Under the pieces are notes generated by a model. The model was not told where the DNA came from. It searched no databases and worked only from the letters and a program-made list of their open reading frames with translations. A stretch of 64,000 bases of DNA from Dehalococcoidia bacterium (GTDB taxonomy: Bacteria; Chloroflexota; Dehalococcoidia; Plut-88900): NCBI GenBank assembly GCA_965197675.1, contig OZ240221.1, positions 1,923,437 through 1,987,436 of the forward strand, read 5' to 3'. This document shows, piece by piece, positions 1 through 10,840 of the stretch. The translations under genes were made by a program, and so were the position numbers. The first letter of the stretch is position 1. Every line of letters begins with the position of its first letter.

Positions 1-429
1 TTTCCAGTGGCATCCATCACTTCTCACATCAGCAGATCTATACCCAGGAGGGCGATAGGAGGTGATTGCTTCTCTGCTGTTACGGGAGGAGAAGATTTGG
101 CCGGGCTTGCGTGAGGTTATCGAGCAGGCGCGAGATCATTCCTCGGCAGTAATCACTTCATCAGAATGATAAATAGGCGCGCCTTCGACTGCTTTCCCAA
201 GCTCGTAATAGTGGAAGTGGAGCTAGCTAGGTACTCTACTGGTTGGAGCGCACGCAGGATCAGTTAGGGGAGAGTTCACAAGTAGTGGTGTCGGATATTC
301 AGGACTGGCTGGCCATCCTATCGAACGATTAGGGACGACTGTTGAAATGGATCAGAGGACAGGATCAGGATGCCAAACAATTCAACAGCGAAGAGGCCGC
401 CATCCATCATGAAACCTCTCGCCTGGTAT

Positions 430-479
430 TATTAATCGCGTACCTCAAAGCTTAACCACTTCGAGGTACGCGATTAATA
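430..479. repeat. 17-bp perfect inverted repeat (TATTAATCGCGTACCTC ... GAGGTACGCGATTAATA) with a 16-nt spacer, 55 nt downstream of the SBP gene stop
   Basis: Read directly: arms 430..446 and 463..479 are exact reverse complements. No U-tract follows on either strand, so it is not called an intrinsic terminator. Confidence 0.6.
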
Positions 480-532
480 GAGCGCTACTTTGTGTCCTGT
501 GATATGCCGTGTGGCATGAGCACAGGATTTCT

Positions 533-1684
533 TTATTGGGTGAACACCTCTCTCTTTAGCCGCTCTTCATATTCCTCCCAGTGAGGAAGGAGGTAAGACC
601 ATTGCCACAATATGGCTCTCTCTGCCATTTCCTCTGGGCTCGGCAGAACTCGACTAGCGGCGGGGCCGTATACCGTCTTGGAGTTGGACACGAAGAAAGG
701 CTGTATCTCGGCATACGCGGCCTGCACCTCGGGGTCTAGCAAATGATTGATGAAAGCCTCTGCCAGATCTTGTTTACTAGTTCCTCTGGGTATCAGCATG
801 TAGTCTATGAATCCCGCAGTGCCTTCTTCTGGCGTAAACATGCCGAATCTTTCAGGGTCTCGTGCAACAATAGGCTGAAACTCGGGAGTCATTGGATCGA
901 TGGCTGTGTCACCCCGTTCCAACGCGGCCGTAGCTTCGGCGCCACTCGACCACCACAAAGCTACGTCCAACTCCTGCAGCTTCTCTATGATGGCATCAAA
1001 ACCTTCCGGTGTATAAAGCTCATTCGGCCCCGGTTCCAGGTCCAAGGCAAAGGCTGCCGCTGAGATAGGCAAAATCCAGTAGGCAGTACTCATGCTGATT
1101 TTACCCTGGGCTTCAGGCCTCCACAAATCCGACCACGAAGTAGGAGTGAATCCCAATATCTCCTTGTTGAATACCAGGGTGCTGAAACCATACTGAAAGG
1201 GGGCTGCAAAGTTGACGTCACGTCCCTCGCCATGATCGCTCAGGTGGAAGCTATGGAGGTCATCCATATTTGGAATATTCTCCCGCCTCAACTGAAGCCA
1301 AACGCCTTCTTCGATGCCTCTGAGGAGAGTGGTGCCATCGCCAAAGATGCCGTCATAGGGCGGATTATCCGCCGGGGCAGCAAGGATTTCGCCGAGGTCC
1401 GCTCCCACTCCAGGCACGAGCTGCACCGTGGCTCCCGTTTTCTCTTCAAAGCTGGGTATTGCAGTCTCTTTGATAGCGTCGTAGAACTGACCCGAATAGG
1501 CAGTCCATACCAGTGTCTGTCCCTCAAAGGGCTTTGGAGTAGGTGTGGCAGCCGCTGGCGGAGGTGTTGGCGTCGATGTCGCTGGTGCAGGAGTGCTTGT
1601 TGCATCCCCCCCACAGGCCATTGCAACCAACATTGTGCTTATCAGAATGACAATAATAGCTATCCATTTACTTTTGGACCTCAT
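533..1684 (-). CDS. ABC transporter substrate-binding lipoprotein (solute-binding family 1, PotD/PotF-like)
   Basis: N-terminal signal peptide with lipobox (LVAMAC), then a Pro/Thr-rich linker and a periplasmic-binding-protein-like body. The family assignment is by eye. Confidence 0.55.
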   Translation of the reverse strand: MRSKSKWIAIIVILISTMLVAMACGGDATSTPAPATSTPTPPPAAATPTPKPFEGQTLVWTAYSGQFYDAIKETAIPSFEEKTGATVQLVPGVGADLGEILAAPADNPPYDGIFGDGTTLLRGIEEGVWLQLRRENIPNMDDLHSFHLSDHGEGRDVNFAAPFQYGFSTLVFNKEILGFTPTSWSDLWRPEAQGKISMSTAYWILPISAAAFALDLEPGPNELYTPEGFDAIIEKLQELDVALWWSSGAEATAALERGDTAIDPMTPEFQPIVARDPERFGMFTPEEGTAGFIDYMLIPRGTSKQDLAEAFINHLLDPEVQAAYAEIQPFFVSNSKTVYGPAASRVLPSPEEMAERAILWQWSYLLPHWEEYEERLKREVFTQ

Positions 1685-2046
1685 GAGCGCGTCTCCTCCC
1701 GCTTTACCTGTAGAAAAACCCTACTATACTTCTTAGAGCATTTGAGAAAATTTGGAAGTACCAAACCCAGTTTACATCTTCTGTCAATGTCTGATACTTT
1801 TACAACTGCAGAAGATGACCTCTGATATCCTATTGAATCTTAGCTCTATCAGTGTTTCCCCGGACGATTCAGTCATGCTGGGACACCTGGGGATCCATCT
1901 TTAACCCTTGTCGGTCCTCTCAAGCTACAGATCAGGAGACTGTGTGGGGGAGATGATTCTATACCCCTCCTTAATCTAGCCCTGGTTATCCATAATGGAT
2001 TGAATTGCTCACATGCACATCCGGAATGGACAGGCAGGTTAGGGTT

Positions 2047-3153
2047 CTAGGAGAACCCATAAAGGCTGGCGCAGTTATCCCACAGCATTTTCCGTTTAGT
2101 TTCTTCTGAAAAAGACATTTCCAGAAACGATTCAGTGGCATGGGGATACTTGGCATCGTTATGTGGATAGTCGGTCGAGAAGACTACAGTGTCCACGAAG
2201 TCTGACTGCTCCATGAACTTGGCGGGTTCTTCATCGGTCTCTATAGATACATAGCATTGTCGCTGGAAGTATTCCACGGGCTCCAACTTCAACTCTGGCG
2301 ACTCGAAACGTCCCGACAGGTCGAAGTGCTCATTAAGCCTCCAGACCAGCCAGGGCGCCCACGAGCAGTTGGCCTCTAGGAACGCGACCTTGAGTCCTGG
2401 AAAGCGTTCCAGCACACTTCCGCCGATCATACTAACTAGAGACAGCATCATCTCCATAGGATGACAGCAGGCGTGGTGCGTCCAGTAGGTCTCGAAGCGC
2501 TCTCCGACCTGTGGTAGAAGGGCATTGGCCCCTTCATGGAACCCCACGGGTACACCAAGCCGCTCGATTTCTGCCCAGAGTGGATCGTAGTATCGGTCGT
2601 GCCAGTTGCGGCCGTTGACTATGTTGGGTCGTAAGAATAGGGCCTTCATTCCCATCTCCTGTACGGCCCGGCGAGCCTCTGTGGCAGCTGATTCCACGTC
2701 GAAGGGGGAAATCATGGCTGCACCATACATTCGGTCCGGTGCGAAGCTGCAGAAATCGTACATCCAATCGTTGTAGGCGGTGGCTATGGCCGCCCCCAAA
2801 GCAGGGTCTAGACCGTCTACCGCCAGAACGTATAGCCCTCTACTAGGGTAAAGGACTGCGACATCTATACCCTCCCTGTCCATGGCTCTAACTTGGGAAG
2901 CCGAGTCCCAGTTATTCTCGTAGGAATCCCTGTAGGTATCGTCCAACTCTTTGGCCTTCTCTCTTTCCCAATCGGCGCCCCTGTCTGTGGGTATCTCGTG
3001 TCCTTCCACCTCCAGGTTCATACTTCCCTGGAACTCATCTATGCCCTTGGGTGCCCTTTTAGTAAATGCCGTATCAATATATCGCTGCCATAGGTCTATC
3101 GGCTCAATCACGTGCATATCCGAATCCATGACCTTGAAACCGTTTTTCGCCAT
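2047..3153 (-). CDS. amidohydrolase family 2 (PF04909-like, metal-dependent TIM-barrel hydrolase/decarboxylase)
   Basis: N-terminal MDSDMHV motif and an overall pattern shared with the paralogs at 29339..30466 and 38261..39418. Confidence 0.65.
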   Translation of the reverse strand: MAKNGFKVMDSDMHVIEPIDLWQRYIDTAFTKRAPKGIDEFQGSMNLEVEGHEIPTDRGADWEREKAKELDDTYRDSYENNWDSASQVRAMDREGIDVAVLYPSRGLYVLAVDGLDPALGAAIATAYNDWMYDFCSFAPDRMYGAAMISPFDVESAATEARRAVQEMGMKALFLRPNIVNGRNWHDRYYDPLWAEIERLGVPVGFHEGANALLPQVGERFETYWTHHACCHPMEMMLSLVSMIGGSVLERFPGLKVAFLEANCSWAPWLVWRLNEHFDLSGRFESPELKLEPVEYFQRQCYVSIETDEEPAKFMEQSDFVDTVVFSTDYPHNDAKYPHATESFLEMSFSEETKRKMLWDNCASLYGFS

Positions 3154-3390
3154 AACATCTCCTCTTGGGAAGAAAAGTCGACTCTTAAATCATGCAAGCG
3201 CATTAAAGCGTAGGGCTCAGGGCAATCCAGTCTACGCGGGTAACCCGACCGATGTCAAACTTGTGAAGCCTTTCACTCCTTCGTCTAGTCGTCGTATCGG
3301 GAAAGCTCTCACACACACTCTCTGCGGACTTTTCGGAGAACGCCCAAAGCTGAGTCGTTTGTTAGATTGGGTTCGCGTATGTTCTCATTG

Positions 3391-4266
3391 CTATGGCGAC
3401 AAGGCTACAATGATAAGGCCCAGCACGATCTGGCCGGAACCGATTAGGCGGCCCCTTCCGAATGACTCCTTTAGGACCAACGTTCCAAGCATCACCCCGA
3501 TTACGATGCCCACCTCTCTTGCAGGGGCTACGTAGCTTACTTTGGAGGTCGTTAGAGCTGTCAGTACCAATCCGTAGGCCAGAAACGTGAGTAGCCCGGA
3601 GGTAACAATGGCCCCCTTGGCCCGATCCCACTCCATATACATCAGCTTTGTGCCAAAAGCCTTTACCATGTAGGGAGAGAGAAGCAGGGCGGAACCGACT
3701 GACATGAGGTACATGTAAAGGAAGGGATTGACGTATCTCACTCCAACCTTGTCCCAGGTCGAGTATGCGGCGATGACCAAACCCGTCAGCAGGGCGTAAC
3801 GTGTCCCTGTGTCCCAGAGGAGCCTGACAGGGTTCTCCAGGATGTTGGAAAGCCTACCCCACCAGTACACGATGTAGATTCCCAGGACGATGGCAATAAT
3901 TCCTATCACTGCTGTGAAGGAAATGGTCTCATCCAGTATCACAACACCTAGAACCGGCACTAGTGCCGGGCCCAGACCACGGGCTATGGGATAGACCACT
4001 GAGAGGTCGCCGTGGGTATAACCTCGACCGAGGAAAATGAAATATAGCACCTGGAGGAGTGACGCTCCAAGAACATACCACCATCCTGGACCTTCGATGG
4101 GATAGAGGAGGATGAGAACAACACCCAGGGGCAACAGGAGTATTGCTGTGGATATCAAGAGCCACCAGATAAAGACTTCCTGGTTCGTGCCACGCTTTAG
4201 GAGGAAATTCCAAGATGCGTGGGCGACGGCGGACAGGATCACTAATACTAGGGCCGGGCCGGTCAT
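3391..4266 (-). CDS. DMT superfamily (EamA-like) transporter
   Basis: About 10 hydrophobic helices with a duplicated EamA-like half-domain pattern. Confidence 0.55.
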   Translation of the reverse strand: MTGPALVLVILSAVAHASWNFLLKRGTNQEVFIWWLLISTAILLLPLGVVLILLYPIEGPGWWYVLGASLLQVLYFIFLGRGYTHGDLSVVYPIARGLGPALVPVLGVVILDETISFTAVIGIIAIVLGIYIVYWWGRLSNILENPVRLLWDTGTRYALLTGLVIAAYSTWDKVGVRYVNPFLYMYLMSVGSALLLSPYMVKAFGTKLMYMEWDRAKGAIVTSGLLTFLAYGLVLTALTTSKVSYVAPAREVGIVIGVMLGTLVLKESFGRGRLIGSGQIVLGLIIVALSP

Positions 4267-4412
4267 AAGAAGGAGTATAGACTCATGCGCAACGCTAACA
4301 AAATGGCCCCGGTAGAAGCTCGAAATCCTAGTGAGAGCCTTCCTCTGTCGGAGGGCCCATAGCAGACTTGGCCTCGGGGAAGATGGAACGCACGGGCCTC
4401 TGACGGCCTAGG

Positions 4413-5135
4413 CTAAACAAGCATTATCGCGACTGCATCGGAATCTGGAACCCCAGGTAGACGTAGGTGTTTTGTGTCCTGATTAATTGTGATTTGTCGA
4501 AGTAGCATGGAGACCAATACCGCAGCGATGATGGAGACAGCCTCGGAGACCATCAGCAGCCAATCGCCTGAGATTAGCCGGCACGTGGATACCGTGACTG
4601 TTGCGCCTCCGAGAAGGGCCAGGGCGCCGATGGTCCCAGCCAAGATGATAGTAACCAAGCCGCCCACCAGGGGCCGAGGAGGAGTGATACGGAAGCGTTT
4701 CCCCAGACATCTGGATCGGCAAAGTCGATTTCCGGATTGTTTCCCTTCCAGATCTCCTTTACCACCCGGTAAGGCTGGAAGAGCAAGGCGATAGGTATGA
4801 ACCACCAGCCCACGGCCCAACGCGGGGAAAATCGCTGGCGGAAAACTCCCAAGGCTCTCAGGTTGCTTGAGGCGCTATGAATCCAGCAGCAAAATGCGAT
4901 CCCTGTCCAACAAAGCCTAGGAGCGACAGCAACACGATGACGCTTTGTCGGCTATCGTTGGCGGCCGCTTGCTCCTCGATAACAGGCTAGCCGGATTCGA
5001 TTCGCCTGAGCAAATCTATCTCGGCGAAGGTCGAGACGATGGAAATCACAGCCATCAGGCAGACGAGGGCCATGAGATCGAGGGTGACGTTGGCTCGATC
5101 TCGGGGGAATTGATATAGAGATTGTTCCATAGTGC
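4413..5135 (-). pseudogene. decayed DUF4328-like membrane protein gene (several frameshifts)
   Basis: Fragment RWAVGWWFIPIALLFQPYRVVKEIWKG (ORF 4574..4852) resembles DUF4328. The adjacent TM-rich ORF 4413..4820 is in another frame. A short N-terminal piece starts at ATG 5135 and hits a stop after about 47 codons. Confidence 0.3.
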
Positions 5136-5572
5136 TCAAAGAGCATCCTTTTATGTCTGGTGTACGCTACAATACATTTATCGTCCTAAGGATTGGTCTG
5201 GCAAGGCGAGCGCTATACTGCAAAACACCCTTATCTTTCTCCGGTTCATCACCGACTGCCCGTGTAGCGTGGGCATTTCGTGTCACGTTTATCTGGCACT
5301 CCTGTGGAAGCCTCTGGTCTGATTGCCCAAAACCGAGCCGGATAGAATACCTACGAAATGTGGGTGTAACTCAAGGTGGTGACCCTTATTCTACTAGCAG
5401 TTAATGGGGCAAACAGGTAAGTTCAGGTCTCCAATGGTAGGACACAGGCCTCAAATTAGCACGGACTGAACGGGTTGGTGTCTATTGCAGATGTCGGTGC
5501 GAATTTCAATAATACAATGCCGGTTCTTGCTGGCACATTCTGTATTTCACGTGTGGGAGTAGTGCAGATAAG

Positions 5573-6790
5573 TTAATGAAGCGCGGCAGATGAAGCTGCT
5601 CCCTTTTCGTTCACCAGACGGCCCTCACTAAACCTGCTAATAGAGAAGGGCTTGATGAGATCAGGCGTCTCACCTGTTGCAATCAACTCTGCCATGGTTT
5701 TGCCCGCTATCGGAGCCGCCTTAAAGCCGTAGGTGCCCCAGCCACAACTTAGAAGAAGGCCATCTATTTCTGGGACTGGGCCCATGAGGGGGGCATAGTC
5801 GGGAGTCATGTCGCAAAGACCAGCCCAGGTCCTTAGCACATTGACTTCTTTAAGGAAGGGCAGCAGCTTCAGGGTGTGGGAGATTAAATCTTCTAACCTA
5901 GTGAACGTGGTCTTCTCGATATAGGCAGAGTAGTGTTCGACTGCTCCGCCAATGACTAATTCGCCTCGGTCTGTTTGATAAATATAGACGTGGAAATCAG
6001 TGGAGGATATTCCAGTATTCAGAAAGGGCTTCAGTGGCTCCGTGACCAACGCCTGAAGTGGATGAGTAACGATAGGTAGCTCTAGACCTGCCATCTTGGC
6101 TACCGTCGACGACCAACCCGCCGTGCAGTTGAGGACTGTGTCGGCGTGAATGTTGCCTCGGTTGGTCTCCACCCCAGTCACTCTTCCGTTATTTCGTTGA
6201 ATGCCCATTACCTCGGTGAATGGATGAACTTCTGCACCCATTCTATCGACGGCTTGGGCGTAGCCCCAAATCACAGCATCGTGGCGAATGACTCCTGCAG
6301 GTGGATGATACAGGCCGGCCAGCACAGGCAATTCTTTGCCCCTACGCATATCTAGGCAAGGGACTAGTTTCTCGATCTCATTGGGGCCTATTATTCTGCT
6401 ATCTACATCCATCGCAGCATTGAACTCTGCTCGGGTTCGGAGAGCATAGATCGAGGATTCGGTGTGAGCCAACTCAATACGACCAAACTGGCTAAATAAC
6501 AAGTTGTAATCTAAGTCCTGGGCTAGGTCTTCGTATAATTTGAGACTCTCGTGAAAGAAGGGAATACCTTCTGTGGTTACATAGTTGGCCCTGAGTATAG
6601 CCGTGGATCGAGCGCTGGCTCCGCCACCAAGATACCCCTTATCAAGGACCGCGAGATTTGTGATGCCTCGTTTCCCTAAGTAATAGGCAGTAGCTAGCCC
6701 ATGCACTCCGGCGCCGATGATCACTACATCATAGTGACCTTTCAGTTCGGGGCGTCTCCACAGCCGCTCTTTTTTGAAAATGCGCAGCAT
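5573..6790 (-). CDS. soxB: heterotetrameric sarcosine oxidase beta-subunit family (FAD-dependent); likely the N-methylglutamate dehydrogenase beta-like subunit in this context
   Basis: N-terminal YDVVIIGAGVHGLATAYYL dinucleotide-binding motif and SoxB-like length (405 aa). It is the last gene of the soxD-A-G-B array. Confidence 0.85.
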   Translation of the reverse strand: MLRIFKKERLWRRPELKGHYDVVIIGAGVHGLATAYYLGKRGITNLAVLDKGYLGGGASARSTAILRANYVTTEGIPFFHESLKLYEDLAQDLDYNLLFSQFGRIELAHTESSIYALRTRAEFNAAMDVDSRIIGPNEIEKLVPCLDMRRGKELPVLAGLYHPPAGVIRHDAVIWGYAQAVDRMGAEVHPFTEVMGIQRNNGRVTGVETNRGNIHADTVLNCTAGWSSTVAKMAGLELPIVTHPLQALVTEPLKPFLNTGISSTDFHVYIYQTDRGELVIGGAVEHYSAYIEKTTFTRLEDLISHTLKLLPFLKEVNVLRTWAGLCDMTPDYAPLMGPVPEIDGLLLSCGWGTYGFKAAPIAGKTMAELIATGETPDLIKPFSISRFSEGRLVNEKGAASSAALH

Positions 6791-6831
6791 ATCGAAAATC
6801 TACTAACCCGTTATTCTTATCGCTGTCTTTG

Positions 6832-7542
6832 TCAACTTGATCTGATGCGCCCTAGCACCTCGAGTCCAAAGGCTCCAATGCCATCATCCTTCCCAGCATG
6901 TAACAGGGCTTCCCATAAATACTCGCCGTAATCTCGTTGTACGTATAGCTGATAAGCCAATGTGTTTCCGATGTCAGAGCGAAGGACGATCACGTATACC
7001 TCCGCAGCCTTGCCTTGTGCACAGGAACCATCCGCAAACACAACGGGGTTTAGGTCCAGCTCAGCTAGCTTGGATAGTAATCGGTATGCTAACGGCCCTG
7101 ATACCAACACTCCCGCGTGCGTTGAGGTGATGTCCACTAAGTGGGCACATCCCTTTATGTTTTCCTTAAGGAAGTCTCCCACCGGGCCGACGTCCTGGGG
7201 CGATGATATTACCAGCGCATCGTCATAGGTTAATCCGACAACGGTTAATTGGTCATCGGTTGAAGTTGGGTTTGGGCAACTCTGGGCTTTACCTGCCTCA
7301 AGAGGTTCCGAGAGCGAGAGGACTTTTGATAAGGCCTTTAATGCCTCAGCACCTTGAATGTCGAGTTTGCCAACGGAGCTTATATCACATATTCCCCCGA
7401 AATCTCTCAGCATCTCCAAGTCAGACTCTAACGAGCTATATATCGACGGAAGATACCACCCGTCCTTCTCAACGATAGAGGCCCCCGCCGATTTATGAGT
7501 GTGATACATCGCCGTTCGCCTGGCGGGACCAGCTGTGGTCAT
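6832..7542 (-). CDS. soxG: sarcosine oxidase gamma-subunit family protein
   Basis: Size (about 236 aa) and position between the alpha and beta subunits. Weak GcvT-like fold signatures. Confidence 0.65.
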   Translation of the reverse strand: MTTAGPARRTAMYHTHKSAGASIVEKDGWYLPSIYSSLESDLEMLRDFGGICDISSVGKLDIQGAEALKALSKVLSLSEPLEAGKAQSCPNPTSTDDQLTVVGLTYDDALVISSPQDVGPVGDFLKENIKGCAHLVDITSTHAGVLVSGPLAYRLLSKLAELDLNPVVFADGSCAQGKAAEVYVIVLRSDIGNTLAYQLYVQRDYGEYLWEALLHAGKDDGIGAFGLEVLGRIRSS

Positions 7543-7555
7543 ACTCTCAGACCTC

Positions 7556-10483
7556 TCATCCCCTTAACCGTTCCCCAGTCGGGTCGTAAACAGGGTCAAT
7601 GGTTATCTTGGCAGGTGCGATTTCTTTACCCACCTTGATACCTATATCCTTGCCATCCTGGGCCAACTCGATTGGAACCCAGACTAGGCCAAAACCTTGA
7701 TTCAACGTTGGACTATATCTGGAGCTAGTAACTTTGCCCACCGGTCGGCCGTTCAGCATGACAGGCACACCATCCCCAGGTATCGCCCCATTCTGCATAA
7801 CGAAGCCCACCAGCTTATTCCTTAGCCCTTGCTCTTCTATCTCCTTAAGAGCACTGCGGCCTATGAAATCATCCTTCTCGAATTTGACTGCCCACCCCAT
7901 GTCGGCTTCCAGGGGGTTGGAGGCCAAGTCGGTATCCTGTCCAGGTATGAGGTGCTTTTTCTCCAGTCGGAGGATTCGTTGGGCCTCGACGCCGAAAGGA
8001 GATATGTCGAACTCTTGCCCTGCATCGAGCAGCGCCTCCCACATGTGCTCTCCATATTCAGCAGGGCAGTGTATCTCCCAACCTGCCTCACCCACAAATC
8101 CGACGCGTAAAAGAAGGGAGGGCACCCCAGCAACCATTCCACTGGCGCTTCTCATGTATTTGAACCCCTCCGTAGAGATGTCAACGTCGGTTAGTTTAGA
8201 CAGGGTGTCCCTGGCTCTTGGTCCTGCGACATTTATAGCGGCAAATCCGGCTGTTATGTTAGTGATATGGGCGCACATTCCAGTGCCTGCTATCCACCAT
8301 TTGAACCATTCCTCTACTAGATCCGTGTTTCCTGACCCGGTAGTTACGTAGTAGCTCGTCTCCTCCAGTCTGGTCACCGTACCATCGTCTAAGATGACCC
8401 CGCTATCGGAGCAGATCATGCCGTACCGTATCCTGCCAATTGCGAGGTTGGAAAAAAAGTGAGTATACACTTTGTCCATAAGCTTGGGTGCGTCGCTGCC
8501 TCTCACATCCAACTTACCCAAGGTGCTTACGTCGATAATGCCGACTCGCTCCCGGACAGCTCTAACCTCATCCTGGGGCGACCCGTATGAACGAGGCCGT
8601 TTCCATTGTCCCACCTCCATCATATTCCCGCCCATTTCGATGTGCTTGTGGTGGATCGGAGTGAACCTGAAGGCCAAGTGCCCCGGGCCCGCCAAAGCAC
8701 CCATGGTCACCGGACTAACCGGTGACCGGGGTGTGGTGCTACCTATCTCCTCGATGCTCTTTTCATTTTCTGCGGCGCATATATTCACGCAGGCCTTCAG
8801 ACACATCTTTCCCTGACATGGCCCCATGGATATGGTGCTGTACCGCTTTAAAGATTGAATGTCCTCGAACCCCTCGTCTATGGCGTCCCTGAGATCTTTC
8901 TCAGTGACATCCTCACAGACACAGACGAACTTTTTCTTGGACGAAACGGGTATTGTTATCAGGTGGCTAGAGCTTAGGCGGGATCGATAAGTCGTTTCAG
9001 CGTTTTCGACCTGTTCTTGTAAGGCACCTATCTCCTCAATAATCTGAGGTTCTGGCGATTCCGCTAAACTAGCACCTGCCTCCAAACCTGTCAGCTTACC
9101 CTGCAATAGACTGACATTGGCGTCGTGAATGCCGGTGACGTCCCCTGTTGCGTAGACTCCTGGGGCAAGTTCAAGGGGTACGGTTTCTCCGAGCTGCGAA
9201 TCGTAGACCAGCTTGCAATCTGCTTGATATAGAAGAGATGAAGCAGACTCGAATCCCTGAGCCGTGCATATGAAGTCACAAGCAATCCGCTCGACGTTAC
9301 CTATAAACCGACCATCTTCTAACCTGCCTACCTTAGCCGCATTTACGCGTTTTTTACCTTCGGCTCGCCATATCGCGTGCTGAGGCAAGACCCCCACGCC
9401 TTTATTCAAAAGTGCCTCAACCAGTGCCGAGTCTTGATCTGCGGAGGGTCTGGAGTCCGCAACTGCTGAAATCGTCACCTCAGCCTTGAGCATTTCTAGT
9501 GCACAGGCCAACCCTTGATCATTGTTGATAACCACAACGCCTCTTCGTCCGGGTCGTACTCCATAGAGATTTACCAGACGCAATACTCCGCTGCTTAGGA
9601 GCACTCCCGGAAGGTCGTTATTAGGGAATACCATTGGCACCTCTTGGGCCCCGGTGGCTATCACGATACGTTTGCACCGAAGCTTCACCATCTCGTTACC
9701 ATGATGGATTCCCAGCAGCTTACCCTCGTAGACTCCAAAGACACTGGCATTGGACATAAGGCTTATGTTAGGGGTATCGAATACGGCCTGAGCTAGCTTA
9801 CGTGCCACATCTGAGTCTGGAAGTCCGGAATACTCGTCGATGTCAAGGGACTGCCTGGTTTGCGCACGTAGGTGTCCTCCCAATGAGGGTTGATCGTCTA
9901 TCAGAATAACCCTTGCTCCTTGCTCGGCAGCCGAAATAGCGGCTTGACAACCGGCGGGCCCACCCCCTACCACTGCGACATCGGTGAAAAGGTTCAAGTG
10001 CTCATACTCGCCATCAGGTACGAAGCTTGGGTCCACCGACCCAAGCCCAGCTATACGTCGGATTACCGGCTCAGCCAGATGCCATGCAGCTTTGGGGTGA
10101 ATAAGGCTCTTGTAATAGAAACCGACAGGCATGAGTCTGTCGAATCTCTCCAATATCGAAAGAGCATCGTGATCTAGAGATGGCCAGGCGTTTTGATGAT
10201 TAACCTTTGCGCCTTCGGCGGCTAGACGGGTGCAGGCTCGGATGTTGGGTACGCCATCGACCTTCATCATGCAGTTGGGACATCTCCCCGAGACACAGAG
10301 CAATCCCCTCGGCCTATGGTACTTAAAGCTGCGGTTGAATATGCTGGTCCCCGAAGCATAGAGCGCCGATGCTATGGTGTCCCCTTCGTATGCCGGGATA
10401 GTGCGGCCATCGAACTGGAAAGTCACCTTCTTGGAACGGTCTATGATCTGGGATGTGTGGGGCGGAAGTCGACGGTCTGTCAT
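7556..10483 (-). CDS. soxA: sarcosine oxidase alpha-subunit family (N-terminal Cys-cluster domain, FAD/NAD-binding domains, C-terminal GcvT-like folate-binding domain)
   Basis: 975 aa. Carries a CxxC-rich N-terminus, GGGPAG nucleotide-binding motifs and a C-terminal aminomethyltransferase-like region. Confidence 0.85.
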   Translation of the reverse strand: MTDRRLPPHTSQIIDRSKKVTFQFDGRTIPAYEGDTIASALYASGTSIFNRSFKYHRPRGLLCVSGRCPNCMMKVDGVPNIRACTRLAAEGAKVNHQNAWPSLDHDALSILERFDRLMPVGFYYKSLIHPKAAWHLAEPVIRRIAGLGSVDPSFVPDGEYEHLNLFTDVAVVGGGPAGCQAAISAAEQGARVILIDDQPSLGGHLRAQTRQSLDIDEYSGLPDSDVARKLAQAVFDTPNISLMSNASVFGVYEGKLLGIHHGNEMVKLRCKRIVIATGAQEVPMVFPNNDLPGVLLSSGVLRLVNLYGVRPGRRGVVVINNDQGLACALEMLKAEVTISAVADSRPSADQDSALVEALLNKGVGVLPQHAIWRAEGKKRVNAAKVGRLEDGRFIGNVERIACDFICTAQGFESASSLLYQADCKLVYDSQLGETVPLELAPGVYATGDVTGIHDANVSLLQGKLTGLEAGASLAESPEPQIIEEIGALQEQVENAETTYRSRLSSSHLITIPVSSKKKFVCVCEDVTEKDLRDAIDEGFEDIQSLKRYSTISMGPCQGKMCLKACVNICAAENEKSIEEIGSTTPRSPVSPVTMGALAGPGHLAFRFTPIHHKHIEMGGNMMEVGQWKRPRSYGSPQDEVRAVRERVGIIDVSTLGKLDVRGSDAPKLMDKVYTHFFSNLAIGRIRYGMICSDSGVILDDGTVTRLEETSYYVTTGSGNTDLVEEWFKWWIAGTGMCAHITNITAGFAAINVAGPRARDTLSKLTDVDISTEGFKYMRSASGMVAGVPSLLLRVGFVGEAGWEIHCPAEYGEHMWEALLDAGQEFDISPFGVEAQRILRLEKKHLIPGQDTDLASNPLEADMGWAVKFEKDDFIGRSALKEIEEQGLRNKLVGFVMQNGAIPGDGVPVMLNGRPVGKVTSSRYSPTLNQGFGLVWVPIELAQDGKDIGIKVGKEIAPAKITIDPVYDPTGERLRG

Positions 10484-10498
10484 GGGCCTCTCGTTTGC

Positions 10499-10762
10499 TT
10501 AATCCACCTGCTCTTCAGGCCAGAAGGTTCTCTCCACTCGATTATTTAGTGTGTCTCGTTCTGCGAGGAACCAGCGGCGGCACCCAAACTTGTGATACCA
10601 CCACTCCCTTTGCACTCCCGCCTCGTTCTTGCGGAAGTGGAAATAGTGAGTCCAGACCTCTGATGGAGCATCGGGAGTAGGACGTGTAGTCACCTCACCA
10701 CCAAATCGGAAATCGTAGACGCTGCGCTCGCCACAGCTAGGACATGGCAACAGAAAAGCCAA
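10499..10762 (-). CDS. soxD: sarcosine oxidase delta-subunit family protein
   Basis: 87 aa with a CPSCGER...C..C zinc-ribbon-like N-terminus typical of SoxD. Sits immediately upstream of soxA. Confidence 0.8.
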   Translation of the reverse strand: MAFLLPCPSCGERSVYDFRFGGEVTTRPTPDAPSEVWTHYFHFRKNEAGVQREWWYHKFGCRRWFLAERDTLNNRVERTFWPEEQVD

Positions 10763-10840
10763 TAAGATTCTCCTTAAGAGTCGAACTGGAGGAAGACCCT
10801 GTTGGACTGTATCCTGGTTTGGATAATGATCGGCTCTTGA

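Noticed and set aside
743-1825. Plus-strand ORFs 743..1063, 1232..1825 and 1545..1736
   Set aside because: They are antisense to the well-supported substrate-binding protein gene. Their Arg/Cys-rich low-complexity translations are typical of GC-rich antisense frames.
7734-8351. Plus-strand ORFs inside soxA, among them 7734..8351, 7829..8110 and 8472..8816
   Set aside because: They are antisense to the 975-aa SoxA-like alpha subunit.
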